DNA of 64,000 bases from Escherichia coli (GCF_003334355.1 NZ_QOWP01000006.1), one strand, 5' to 3'. Positions 22,801 to 35,463 are shown, counted from the stretch's first letter. Program-made: numbers and translations. The notes: generated by a model not told the origin, from the letters alone.

Positions 22801-23180
22801 GTGCTCAGAATTTTGCGCGTTTCTTCGTCGTTATCGACATCGCTAAGTGCTGTTAACGCCGCGGTCGCCTGGCGCATTTTTTCCGGCGCTTCAGCGACTT
22901 TTTGCCGTAGCTGAACTGTCTCTTCTTTTATGCGATCGATTTTATCGAGGGTGGCTAATGTATCTGTCAGATCCTGCTGCACCAGTTTGTCCTGAGCAGA
23001 AAGATCTTTTTGTTTATTTAGTGAGTCAAGTTGCGCCTGCAGGTCCGCTTTTGTCGGCAGATCACCATTCGATGACGCCCGCGCAAACGCCGTGTTCTGG
23101 CATAACAAGACAAAAACAAAAGCAATAAATGCTGAAAAAACAAAATGCCGTGATCGTTTGTAATACTGGAACATAGTCAT
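19818..23180 (-). CDS. mscK: Potassium-dependent mechanosensitive channel MscK (KefA), MscS family
   Basis: ORF 19818..23180(-), 1120 aa; signal peptide, long coiled-coil periplasmic domain, multi-TM region and C-terminal MscS-like domain. Confidence 0.93.
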   Translation of the reverse strand: MTMFQYYKRSRHFVFSAFIAFVFVLLCQNTAFARASSNGDLPTKADLQAQLDSLNKQKDLSAQDKLVQQDLTDTLATLDKIDRIKEETVQLRQKVAEAPEKMRQATAALTALSDVDNDEETRKILSTLSLRQLETRVAQALDDLQNAQNDLASYNSQLVSLQTQPERVQNAMYNASQQLQQIRSRLDGTDVGETALRPSQKVLMQAQQALLNAEIDQQRKSLEGNTVLQDTLQKQRDYVTANSARLEHQLQLLQEAVNSKRLTLTEKTAQEAVSPDEAARIQANPLVKQELEINQQLSQRLITATENGNQLMQQNIKVKNWLERALQSERNIKEQIAVLKGSLLLSRILYQQQQTLPSADELENMTNRIADLRLEQFEVNQQRDALFQSDAFVNKLEEGHTNEVNSEVHDALLQVVDMRRELLDQLNKQLGNQLMMAINLQINQQQLMSVSKNLKSILTQQIFWVNSNRPMDWDWIKAFPQSLKDEFKSMKITVNWQKAWPAVFIAFLAGLPLLLIAGLIHWRLGWLKAYQQKLASAVGSLRNDSQLNTPKAILIDLIRALPVCLIILAVGLILLTMQLNISELLWSFSKKLAIFWLVFGLCWKVLEKNGVAVRHFGMPEQQTSHWRRQIVRISLALLPIHFWSVVAELSPLHLMDDVLGQAMIFFNLLLIAFLVWPMCRESWRDKESHTMRLVTITVLSIIPIALMVLTATGYFYTTLRLAGRWIETVYLVIIWNLLYQTVLRGLSVAARRIAWRRALARRQNLVKEGAEGAEPPEEPTIALEQVNQQTLRITMLLMFALFGVMFWAIWSDLITVFSYLDSITLWHYNGTEAGAAVVKNVTMGSLLFAIIASMVAWALIRNLPGLLEVLVLSRLNMRQGASYAITTILNYIIIAVGAMTVFGSLGVSWDKLQWLAAALSVGLGFGLQEIFGNFVSGLIILFERPVRIGDTVTIGSFSGTVSKIRIRATTITDFDRKEVIIPNKAFVTERLINWSLTDTTTRLVIRLGVAYGSDLEKVRKVLLKAATEHPRVMHEPMPEVFFTAFGASTLDHELRLYVRELRDRSRTVDELNRTIDQLCRENDINIAFNQLEVHLHNEKGDEVTEVKRDYKGDDPTPAVG

Positions 23181-23307
23181 GATGAATGAAGGTTTCTGAA
23201 CCTGAAGAACGACCTGAAAAAGTCAAACCGCAAGAATATCACGACGCAGTGAACCAGAATAGCAACGACGAAAATGTCCAGGAAAAATCCTGGAGTCAGA
23301 TTCAGGG

Positions 23308-23955
23308 TTATTCGTTAGTGGCAGGATTACGAAGCGTGGGGCACAGGAGATACATCTCCAGTAAGATGGCAACGTAATCGCGGGCTTCTTTTTTAAGATC
23401 AAAAGATTGCGGGGCAAAGAGCCAGTTTTCCATCAGGCCGGAAATATAGCCGCGCATAATAATTGCTGCGCGACGCGTCATTAAATCCGCAGGCAACATT
23501 TTCGCTTCAATACAATGTTTTAACGTTTGTTCTATACGGTCATAACTTTCCAGACAGAGATTACGTTGTGCCTGTTGCACAACAGCCATTTCTCCGACAA
23601 ATTCGCATTTGTGGAATATAATCTCCATCAATAATCGACGCCGTTCTTCTGTCACCGTGGATTCAAGAACATGAATTAATATCTCTCTTAATACTGAGAG
23701 TGGATCGCCAGGGAATTTTGCCTGATACTCAAGCTCTAGTTCACCAATATTGGATTCTGACAGTTCCCAGATCTCACTGAACAAATCCGACTTGTCTTTA
23801 AAATGCCAGTAGATTGCACCGCGCGTAACGCCAGCTGCTTTTGCAATCTCGCCCAGCGAGGTGGATGATACCCCCTGCTGTGAGAAAAGACGTAGAGCCA
23901 CATCGAGGATGTGTTGGCGCGTTTCTTGCGCTTCTTGTTTGGTTTTTCGTGCCAT
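23308..23955 (-). CDS. acrR: TetR-family repressor AcrR
   Basis: ORF 23308..23955(-), 215 aa; N-terminal TetR HTH ([25 protein letters not shown]); divergent from acrAB. Confidence 0.95.
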
Positions 23956-23983
23956 ATGTTCGTGAATTTACAGGCGTTAGATT

Positions 23984-24007
23984 TACATACATTTGTGAAT
24001 GTATGTA
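23984..24007. promoter_or_regulatory. AcrR operator: 24 bp perfect inverted repeat in the acrR-acrA divergent promoter region
   Basis: TACATACATTTGTGAATGTATGTA read directly; perfectly palindromic apart from the central bases. Confidence 0.85.
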
Positions 24008-24096
24008 CCATAGCACGACGATAATATAAACGCAGCAATGGGTTTATTAACTTTTGACCATTGACCAATTTGAAATCGGACACTCGAGGTTTACAT

Positions 24097-25290
24097 ATGA
24101 ACAAAAACAGAGGGTTTACGCCTCTGGCGGTCGTTCTGATGCTCTCAGGCAGCTTAGCCCTAACAGGATGTGACGACAAACAGGCCCAACAAGGTGGCCA
24201 GCAGATGCCCGCCGTTGGCGTAGTAACAGTCAAAACTGAACCTCTGCAGATCACAACCGAGCTTCCGGGTCGCACCAGTGCCTACCGGATCGCAGAAGTT
24301 CGTCCTCAAGTTAGCGGGATTATCCTGAAGCGTAATTTCAAAGAAGGTAGCGACATCGAAGCAGGTGTCTCTCTCTATCAGATTGATCCTGCGACCTATC
24401 AGGCGACATACGACAGTGCGAAAGGTGATCTGGCGAAAGCCCAGGCTGCAGCCAATATCGCGCAATTGACGGTGAATCGTTATCAGAAACTGCTCGGTAC
24501 TCAGTACATCAGTAAGCAAGAGTACGATCAGGCTCTGGCTGATGCGCAACAGGCGAATGCTGCGGTAACTGCGGCGAAAGCTGCCGTTGAAACTGCGCGG
24601 ATCAATCTGGCTTACACCAAAGTCACCTCTCCGATTAGCGGTCGCATTGGTAAGTCGAACGTGACGGAAGGCGCATTGGTACAGAACGGTCAGGCGACTG
24701 CGCTGGCAACCGTGCAGCAACTTGATCCGATCTACGTTGATGTGACCCAGTCCAGCAACGACTTCCTGCGCCTGAAACAGGAACTGGCGAATGGCACGCT
24801 GAAACAAGAGAACGGCAAAGCCAAAGTGTCACTGATCACCAGTGACGGCATTAAGTTCCCGCAGGACGGTACGCTGGAATTCTCTGACGTTACCGTTGAT
24901 CAGACCACTGGGTCTATCACCCTACGCGCTATCTTCCCGAACCCGGATCACACTCTGCTGCCGGGTATGTTCGTGCGCGCACGTCTGGAAGAAGGGCTTA
25001 ATCCAAACGCTATTTTAGTCCCGCAACAGGGCGTAACCCGTACGCCGCGTGGCGATGCCACCGTACTGGTAGTTGGCGCGGATGACAAAGTGGAAACCCG
25101 TCCGATCGTTGCAAGCCAGGCTATTGGCGATAAGTGGCTGGTGACAGAAGGTCTGAAAGCAGGCGATCGCGTAGTAATAAGTGGGCTGCAGAAAGTGCGT
25201 CCTGGTGTCCAGGTAAAAGCACAAGAAGTTACCGCTGATAATAACCAGCAAGCCGCAAGCGGTGCTCAGCCTGAACAGTCCAAGTCTTAA
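24097..25290 (+). CDS. acrA: Multidrug efflux periplasmic adaptor AcrA (lipoprotein)
   Basis: ORF 24061..25290(+); start at MNKNRGF giving 397 aa; lipobox LTGC; membrane-fusion-protein family. Confidence 0.95.
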   Translation: MNKNRGFTPLAVVLMLSGSLALTGCDDKQAQQGGQQMPAVGVVTVKTEPLQITTELPGRTSAYRIAEVRPQVSGIILKRNFKEGSDIEAGVSLYQIDPATYQATYDSAKGDLAKAQAAANIAQLTVNRYQKLLGTQYISKQEYDQALADAQQANAAVTAAKAAVETARINLAYTKVTSPISGRIGKSNVTEGALVQNGQATALATVQQLDPIYVDVTQSSNDFLRLKQELANGTLKQENGKAKVSLITSDGIKFPQDGTLEFSDVTVDQTTGSITLRAIFPNPDHTLLPGMFVRARLEEGLNPNAILVPQQGVTRTPRGDATVLVVGADDKVETRPIVASQAIGDKWLVTEGLKAGDRVVISGLQKVRPGVQVKAQEVTADNNQQAASGAQPEQSKS

Positions 25291-25309
25291 CTTAAACAGG
25301 AGCCGTTAA

Positions 25310-28462
<3,153 letters not shown>

Positions 28463-28480
28463 TACAACGTGTAATCACTA

Positions 28481-28504
28481 AGGCCGCGTAAGCGGCCTTT
28501 TTTA
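28481..28504 (+). terminator. Rho-independent terminator of acrAB
   Basis: AGGCCGC-GTAA-GCGGCCT hairpin followed by TTTTTTAT immediately after the acrB stop. Confidence 0.8.
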
Positions 28505-29007
28505 TGCATAACCTACGAACATTAAGGAGTAATTGAACCACCAACTCAGGATCTCATACGAAAACCAGTATTAACCACGGATAAAATTCATAAAAAATAC
28601 TGATTGTTAGTTAATTTATATTAAGTAGCGCTAATAGATTTAATAATCCATAATCATTTAGAGGCTATTCTTAATTATTTGCGGTAATTCTTTATTCATT
28701 CCTCGGTTATTACGTCATATTCAGAGCAATCCTGGTATTAGTGTCACCAATTTCATCTGGCGATAATCCTGAAATGTTATGAATAGTTCGAGCAAACTGC
28801 TTTTACCTGCTGCGGGTTAGTGCTAGTATGAAAAAGTGAGTCCTGTCCCGCTTCCTTCCTAATTGTAATTTTTCGTAATAATGCGATGAAAACCTGCAAA
28901 GAGTGGCTTATAGTTAAGCTAACAAACGAGAGGGCAAGTCCAGGTCAGTAAGTTTTTTCCATCCCGAAAGGTGTCCGTTAGTTCAACCGCTAAGAAGGGG
29001 ACGCGTT

Positions 29008-29382
29008 ATGGATGAATACTCACCCAAAAGACATGATATCGCACAGCTTAAGTTTCTCTGTGAAACCCTGTATCATGACTGCCTTGCAAACCTTGAAGAA
29101 AGCAATCATGGCTGGGTAAACGACCCAACCTCGGCGATCAACCTCCAGTTGAATGAACTGATTGAGCATATTGCGACCTTCGCACTTAATTACAAAATTA
29201 AGTATAATGAAGACAATAAGCTCATTGAGCAGATCGACGAATATCTGGATGACACCTTTATGTTGTTCAGTAGTTATGGTATTAATATGCAGGATCTTCA
29301 GAAATGGCGGAAGTCAGGTAATCGACTATTCCGTTGTTTTGTCAATGCGACGAAAGAGAATCCTGCGAGTTTATCTTGTTAG
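29008..29382 (+). CDS. tomB: Hha toxicity modulator TomB (YbaJ)
   Basis: ORF 29008..29382(+), 124 aa; SD AAGAAGGGG upstream; directly precedes hha. Confidence 0.9.
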
Positions 29383-29407
29383 AATTATTACAACCATGGG
29401 TAGAAGT

Positions 29408-29626
29408 ATGTCCGAAAAACCTTTAACGAAAACCGATTATTTAATGCGTTTACGTCGTTGCCAGACAATTGACACGCTGGAGCGTGTTATCGAGAAAAAT
29501 AAATACGAATTATCAGATAATGAACTGGCGGTATTTTACTCAGCCGCAGATCACCGCCTCGCCGAATTGACCATGAATAAACTGTACGACAAGATCCCTT
29601 CCTCAGTTTGGAAATTTATTCGCTAA
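29408..29626 (+). CDS. hha: Haemolysin expression modulator Hha (H-NS co-regulator)
   Basis: Start ATG 29408 inside ORF 29162..29626 gives 72 aa [35 protein letters not shown]...; Hha/YmoA family. Confidence 0.93.
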
Positions 29627-29797
29627 TAAATAATTCGCTTTCGGAGCTATAACCGGCTGTTTATTAAGAATTTTATACTTTTTCGCCATGAAGACATACC
29701 CTATGTGATCTTTATCACACAGATGTAATGGGAACGTTCTCTTCACTGACTTTTCGTCTTACTGTGTTGCCGCATTTTCAGCAACCGGAGGTCAGTA

Positions 29798-30349
29798 ATG
29801 AGCACAGAAAAAGAAAAGATGATTGCTGGTGAGTTGTATCGCTCGGCAGATGAGACGTTATCTCGCGATCGCCTGCGCGCTCGTCAGCTTATTCACCGAT
29901 ACAATCATTCCCTGGCGGAAGAGCACACATTACGCCAGCAAATTCTCGCTGATCTATTCGGTCAGGTGACAGAGGCTTATATTGAGCCAACGTTTCGCTG
30001 TGACTATGGCTATAACATTTTTCTCGGTAATAATTTTTTCGCCAACTTCGATTGCGTGATGCTTGATGTCTGCCCTATTCGCATCGGTGATAACTGTATG
30101 TTGGCACCAGGCGTTCATATCTACACGGCAACACATCCCATCGACCCTGTAGCACGTAATAGCGGTGCTGAACTGGGGAAACCCGTCACCATCGGTAATA
30201 ACGTCTGGATTGGCGGACGCGCGGTCATTAACCCTGGTGTGACCATTGGTGATAACGTCGTGGTAGCCTCAGGTGCAGTTGTCACAAAAGATGTCCCGGA
30301 CAACGTTGTCGTGGGCGGTAATCCAGCCAGAATAATTAAAAAATTGTAA
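29798..30349 (+). CDS. maa: Maltose O-acetyltransferase (hexapeptide-repeat acyltransferase)
   Basis: ORF 29798..30349(+), 183 aa; left-handed beta-helix hexapeptide repeats ([39 protein letters not shown]). Confidence 0.93.
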
Positions 30350-30464
30350 TCGGTTTTTCGCAACTGTTATGCAAAATTGTGGTAGATCTGTTACTTCCCC
30401 TCTACTATTCCCACGTTAAAATAGGGTGTTCCCTGGAAAGTTGCAGATACCACGAAGGCAAACG

Positions 30465-30935
30465 ATGACCGAAATACAACGCCTGCTGACCGAAACGATT
30501 GAGTCTCTGAATACCCGCGAAAAACGCGACAACAAACCCCGCTTTAGTATCAGTTTTATCCGTAAACATCCGGGGCTGTTTATCGGTATGTACGTTGCTT
30601 TTTTTGCCACCCTGGCGGTGATGTTGCAGTCCGAAACGCTGTCAGGCTCTGTCTGGCTACTGGTTGTATTATTTATCCTGCTTAATGGTTTCTTCTTTTT
30701 CGATGTCTACCCACGCTACCGCTATGAAGATATCGACGTGCTGGATTTCCGCGTTTGCTATAACGGCGAATGGTACAACACGCGCTTTGTACCTGCCGCG
30801 CTGGTTGAAGCCATCTTGAACTCTCCGCGTGTCGCGGATGTTCATAAGGAACAACTGCAAAAAATGATCGTCCGTAAAGGTGAACTGTCTTTTTACGATA
30901 TTTTTACCCTCGCTCGCGCCGAATCAACATCTTAA
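30465..30935 (+). CDS. ylaC: Inner-membrane protein YlaC (DUF1449)
   Basis: ORF 30426..30935(+); start at MTEIQRLL giving 156 aa; two predicted TM helices. Confidence 0.82.
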
Positions 30936-31092
30936 GTTAGGGTTACATACCAGGCGTAAAGCTCTGCGCCTGGTCAAATGACAATGATCGTTTCCACCCA
31001 TCACTTCATGAAATACCAGCTCTACCTCCTTATCTCCAGCCAGCCTTTTTCCACAATCAGATATACTTTCCCTACACTGTGTTAATAAGGAT

Positions 31093-32649
31093 ATGCTGGT
31101 GAGAACACGACATCTGGTCGGCCTTATTTCGGGAGTACTGATTCTTTCAGTATTGCTGCCTGTCGGCTTAAGCATCTGGCTGGCCCATCAGCAGGTAGAA
31201 ACATCGTTTATTGAAGAGCTGGATACCTATTCCTCCCGCGTCGCTATTCGAGCCAATAAGGTGGCGACACAAGGGAAAGATGCGCTGCAGGAGCTGGAAA
31301 GATGGCAAGGCGCTGCCTGTAGCGAAGCCCATCTCATGGAAATGCGTCGGGTATCTTACAGTTATCGCTATATTCAGGAAGTGGCTTATATCGATAACAA
31401 CGTTCCCCAGTGTTCGTCTCTGGAGCATGAAAGTCCGCCCGATACCTTCCCCGAGCCAGGTAAAATTTCGAAAGATGGTTATCGTGTCTGGTTAACATCG
31501 CATAACGATTTAGGCATTATCCGTTACATGGTCGCCATGGGAACGGCACATTATGTCGTCATGATCGACCCCGCTTCCTTTATTGATGTCATTCCCTATA
31601 GCTCATGGCAAATTGATGCCGCCATTATTGGCAATGCCCATAACGTTGTCATAACCAGCAGCGATGAAATTGCTCAGGGAATTATTACCAGGCTACAAAA
31701 AACACCCGGTGAGCATATCGAAAATAATGGAATCATTTACGATATCCTGCCCTTACCGGAGATGAATATTTCGATCATCACATGGGCTTCAACGAAAATG
31801 TTGCAGAAAGGCTGGCATCGGCAAGTCTTTATTTGGTTACCGCTCGGGTTGGTGATTGGCCTGCTGGCAGCGATGTTTGTGCTGCGTATTTTGCGCCGTA
31901 TTCAGTCACCGCATCATCGGCTGCAGGATGCTATCGAAAATCGTGATATTTGCGTGCACTATCAGCCGATTGTCTCCTTAGCCAATGGCAAAATTGTCGG
32001 TGCTGAGGCACTGGCGCGCTGGCCGCAGACAGACGGTAGTTGGTTGTCACCAGATAGTTTTATTCCGCTGGCACAGCAAACGGGCCTTTCTGAGCCATTG
32101 ACGCTACTGATTATAAGAAGCGTCTTTGAAGATATGGGCGACTGGCTGCGTCAGCATCCACAGCAGCATATTTCGATCAATCTTGAATCCCCCGTGCTCA
32201 CCTCGGAAAAAATCCCGCAATTGCTGCGTGACATGATCAATCACTATCAGGTTAATCCCAGACAGATCGCGCTTGAACTCACTGAACGCGAGTTTGCCGA
32301 TCCGAAAACCAGCGCCCCGATAATTTCTCGCTACCGGGAGGCGGGCCATGAAATTTATCTTGATGATTTTGGTACGGGGTATTCAAGTTTAAGTTATTTA
32401 CAGGATCTGGATGTCGACATTCTGAAGATCGATAAATCTTTCGTTGATGCGCTGGAATATAAAAATGTCACGCCGCATATCATCGAAATGGCAAAAACAC
32501 TGAAACTGAAAATGGTAGCGGAGGGAATCGAAACCAGTAAACAAGAAGAGTGGTTACGCCAGCATGGCGTGCACTACGGTCAGGGCTGGCTCTACAGCAA
32601 GGCATTACCGAAAGAAGATTTCTTACGCTGGGCCGAGCAACATTTGTGA
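31093..32649 (+). CDS. pdeB: c-di-GMP phosphodiesterase PdeB (YlaB), CSS-motif sensor + EAL domain
   Basis: ORF 31093..32649(+), 518 aa; two TM segments flanking a periplasmic domain, C-terminal EAL motifs (EALARW, DDFGTGYSSL); start may be the GTG two codons downstream. Confidence 0.88.
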   Translation: MLVRTRHLVGLISGVLILSVLLPVGLSIWLAHQQVETSFIEELDTYSSRVAIRANKVATQGKDALQELERWQGAACSEAHLMEMRRVSYSYRYIQEVAYIDNNVPQCSSLEHESPPDTFPEPGKISKDGYRVWLTSHNDLGIIRYMVAMGTAHYVVMIDPASFIDVIPYSSWQIDAAIIGNAHNVVITSSDEIAQGIITRLQKTPGEHIENNGIIYDILPLPEMNISIITWASTKMLQKGWHRQVFIWLPLGLVIGLLAAMFVLRILRRIQSPHHRLQDAIENRDICVHYQPIVSLANGKIVGAEALARWPQTDGSWLSPDSFIPLAQQTGLSEPLTLLIIRSVFEDMGDWLRQHPQQHISINLESPVLTSEKIPQLLRDMINHYQVNPRQIALELTEREFADPKTSAPIISRYREAGHEIYLDDFGTGYSSLSYLQDLDVDILKIDKSFVDALEYKNVTPHIIEMAKTLKLKMVAEGIETSKQEEWLRQHGVHYGQGWLYSKALPKEDFLRWAEQHL

Positions 32650-32690
32650 ATTTTTGGGCTGACGGCACGCCGCACAGCCCGTCACGCTAC

Positions 32691-33044
32691 CTATTCGTCG
32701 ATGATTGACTCGAATCCGCCATAGATCATTCGCTTGCCGTCAAACGGCATGGACTCGCCGAACTCTTTCATCCGTGGGTCCGACATCATCTTTTGATTAG
32801 CAGCGTCGCGGACCTCTTTTGAAGGGTATTCAATCCAGCTAAAGACAACCTCTTCATTCTCTTCCGCTTTCACCGCCATACGAAAATCGGTCACTTTGCC
32901 ATCCGGTACATCGCTGGCCCAGCATTCGACAATACGAAGCGCGCCAAACTCTTTAAACAATGGCGCAGCCTTAGCGGCCATTTCCCGATAGGCATCCTTT
33001 TTATCGGCAGGAACGGCAACCACAAAACCATCAACATACTTCAT
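32691..33044 (-). CDS. ybaA: DUF1428-family protein YbaA
   Basis: ORF 32691..33044(-), 117 aa; recognised YbaA sequence. Confidence 0.85.
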   Translation of the reverse strand: MKYVDGFVVAVPADKKDAYREMAAKAAPLFKEFGALRIVECWASDVPDGKVTDFRMAVKAEENEEVVFSWIEYPSKEVRDAANQKMMSDPRMKEFGESMPFDGKRMIYGGFESIIDE

Positions 33045-33154
33045 CAGACATACCTCCGAAGCGTACTGCGCAGCCAGACAATTCTTGCGACGTCAGTTGT
33101 GGTTAAAGTTTAGCCATGTTGGGATTTTTTGACGAAACGGTGGGAGGCAGAAAT

Positions 33155-33268
33155 GGGTGGGGGCCCTGCCAGCTACATCCCGGCACACGCGTCATCTGCC
33201 TTGGCTGCTTCCTTCCGGACCTGACCTGGTAAACAGAGTAGCGTTGCGGGAGAACCAACAGAGCCCCC
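33155..33268 (-). ncRNA. ffs: 4.5S RNA (signal recognition particle RNA)
   Basis: Minus strand reads GGGGGCTCTGTTGGTTCTCCCGCAACGCTACTCTGTTTACCAGGTCAGGTCCGGAAGGAAGCAGCCAAGGCAGATGACGCGTGTGCCGGGATGTAGCTGGCAGGGCCCCCACCC, the canonical 114 nt E. coli ffs, including the conserved domain IV GGAA tetraloop region. Confidence 0.95.
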
Positions 33269-33344
33269 ATTGAGAGCGTTGAGAACCAACGCGCAGGCGC
33301 ATTATCACTGCTGCCCCGGCTAATTGCAACCCATCGCGTGCCAG

Positions 33345-33734
33345 ATGCTGGTTTCTTGCGCAATGCGACTTCACTCGGGCGTTTTTCCAGATTATGCTGA
33401 AAAATTACCTCAGGAAGAAAAGATGGAAAAAGAAGATTCATTTCCCCAACGCGTCTGGCAAATCGTCGCCGCTATTCCCGAAGGCTATGTCACCACTTAC
33501 GGTGATGTGGCGAAACTGGCGGGATCGCCCCGCGCCGCGCGCCAGGTGGGCGGTGTGTTAAAGCGTCTCCCTGAAGGCAGCACCTTACCCTGGCACCGGG
33601 TGGTTAATCGCCACGGCACAATTTCGCTAACCGGACCGGATTTACAGCGTCAGCGACAGGCATTACTGGCAGAAGGTGTGATGGTATCGGGAAGCGGGCA
33701 AATCGACTTGCAGCGTTATCGCTGGAACTACTAA
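33345..33734 (+). CDS. atl: Alkyltransferase-like DNA damage sensor Atl (YbaZ)
   Basis: ORF 33324..33734(+); start at MLVSCAMRL giving 129 aa; AGT-like fold but PWHRV replaces the PCHRV active-site motif (Trp for catalytic Cys). Confidence 0.88.
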   Translation: MLVSCAMRLHSGVFPDYAEKLPQEEKMEKEDSFPQRVWQIVAAIPEGYVTTYGDVAKLAGSPRAARQVGGVLKRLPEGSTLPWHRVVNRHGTISLTGPDLQRQRQALLAEGVMVSGSGQIDLQRYRWNY

Positions 33735-33764
33735 CCCTCTCCGGGCGGAGAGGGTTAACGTCGC

Positions 33765-34337
33765 TTAATATTGCGTAGGAGCTGGAACTGCCGAAGACGG
33801 ATTCACCTGAGTTGGTGAAGTCGAAGGTACGGTAGTCGTTGCGCCACCGCTGGCCTGAACCGGCACGGCGGTTTGCTGTACCGGCACCAATGTCAGGTCG
33901 GCTTTAGTTCCGCCCTGGTTGATCACCGGCTGAACGGTATCGGTGATAAATACCAGTTTGTCATTCACGGTAATCGCCGCACTCAACAGAATACGCGCGT
34001 TCGGCTGAACATCTGCCGGGTTAAATGGCAGAACAAAGCTGAATGGTGACTGTTTACCTTCAGTACGCACCGCTTTCTGCGCCAGCACTTTTGACGGTGC
34101 ATCGGCTAACGACGCGTCAGAAAGTGTCACGGTCAGCACAGCATCAGGCGGCAGTGCGACTTTCTGACGGATCCAGACGGTACCGGAGACATTCGGTTGC
34201 TGGATAGCTGGTTGTTGTGTTGCTGAAATAGACGTATTTGCAGCCGGTGCTGGCGTCTGAATATCCGCGCTTTTATCTGCGCAAGCCGCCAACGCAATCG
34301 CAACCGCTAAACCACTGGCCATGTGCACGAGTTTCAT
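33765..34337 (-). CDS. ybaY: Lipoprotein YbaY
   Basis: ORF 33765..34337(-), 190 aa; signal peptide with lipobox (LAACADK); Ala/Pro/Thr-rich linkers. Confidence 0.85.
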   Translation of the reverse strand: MKLVHMASGLAVAIALAACADKSADIQTPAPAANTSISATQQPAIQQPNVSGTVWIRQKVALPPDAVLTVTLSDASLADAPSKVLAQKAVRTEGKQSPFSFVLPFNPADVQPNARILLSAAITVNDKLVFITDTVQPVINQGGTKADLTLVPVQQTAVPVQASGGATTTVPSTSPTQVNPSSAVPAPTQY

Positions 34338-34554
34338 TCATTTCTCCTTATTATCAATGCACCAGCGGGCTAACTTTCCTCGCCGGAAGAGTGGTTAACA
34401 AAATAGTAACGTCAACAAGTGTGGCACACATCACGCATTTCTGCCTGTAATTAGCCCATAATTCAGACCATTGCACCCATCGGACCAGTAGCAAATTTGC
34501 GTTATACTCAACTCACTTTGGCTTGCTGCGGCAGCTTTGTTACTGGAGAGTTAT

Positions 34555-35415
34555 ATGAGTCAGGCGCTAAAAAATTTACTGACATTGTTAAATCTGGAAA
34601 AAATTGAGGAAGGACTCTTTCGCGGCCAGAGTGAAGATTTAGGTTTACGCCAGGTGTTTGGCGGCCAGGTCGTGGGTCAGGCCTTGTATGCTGCAAAAGA
34701 GACCGTCCCTGAAGAGCGGCTGGTACATTCGTTTCACAGCTACTTTCTTCGCCCTGGCGATAGTAAGAAGCCGATTATTTATGATGTCGAAACGCTGCGT
34801 GACGGTAACAGCTTCAGCGCCCGCCGGGTTGCTGCTATTCAAAACGGCAAACCGATTTTTTATATGACTGCCTCTTTCCAGGCACCAGAAGCGGGTTTCG
34901 AACATCAAAAAACAATGCCGTCCGCGCCAGCGCCTGATGGCCTACCTTCGGAAACGCAAATCGCCCAATCGCTGGCGCACCTGCTGCCGCCAGTGCTGAA
35001 AGATAAATTCATCTGCGATCGTCCGCTGGAAGTCCGTCCGGTGGAGTTTCATAACCCACTGAAAGGTCACGTCGCAGAACCACATCGTCAGGTGTGGATC
35101 CGCGCAAATGGTAGCGTGCCGGATGACCTGCGCGTTCATCAGTATCTGCTCGGTTACGCTTCTGATCTTAACTTCCTGCCGGTAGCTCTACAGCCGCACG
35201 GCATCGGTTTTCTCGAACCGGGGATTCAGATTGCCACCATTGACCATTCCATGTGGTTCCATCGCCCGTTTAATTTGAATGAATGGCTGCTGTATAGCGT
35301 GGAGAGCACCTCGGCGTCCAGCGCACGTGGCTTTGTGCGCGGTGAGTTTTATACCCAAGACGGCGTACTGGTTGCCTCGACCGTTCAGGAAGGGGTGATG
35401 CGTAATCACAATTAA
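34555..35415 (+). CDS. tesB: Acyl-CoA thioesterase II
   Basis: ORF 34537..35415(+); start at MSQALKNLL giving 286 aa; double hot-dog thioesterase. Confidence 0.94.
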
Positions 35416-35421
35416 AAAAAT

Positions 35422-35453
35422 AGCCGGAGGTGAAAACCGTCCGGCTGTTTTTT
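35422..35453. terminator. Bidirectional terminator between convergent tesB and amtB
   Basis: A-run, hairpin AGCCGG...CCGGCT, then TTTTTT, between the tesB stop (35415) and amtB stop (35464). Confidence 0.7.
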
Positions 35454-35463
35454 GCAGTGCTTG

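Noticed and set aside
28524-28574. AAGGAG followed by a TTG-initiated 13-codon mini-ORF just downstream of the acrB terminator
   Set aside because: Spacing between the SD-like hexamer and TTG is only 2-3 nt, the start is non-ATG, and the ORF is very short; most likely chance in AT-rich DNA. Could be revisited with ribosome-profiling data.
28505-33100. Possibility that the tomB-hha-maa-ylaC-pdeB-ybaA block is a recently acquired genomic island
   Set aside because: No flanking direct repeats, tRNA or mobility genes, and the genes are part of the conserved E. coli backbone as I recall it; kept only as a compositional note in the findings.
33103-33441. 112 aa ORF on - strand
   Set aside because: Overlaps the 4.5S RNA gene ffs exactly; the region is a structured RNA, not coding.
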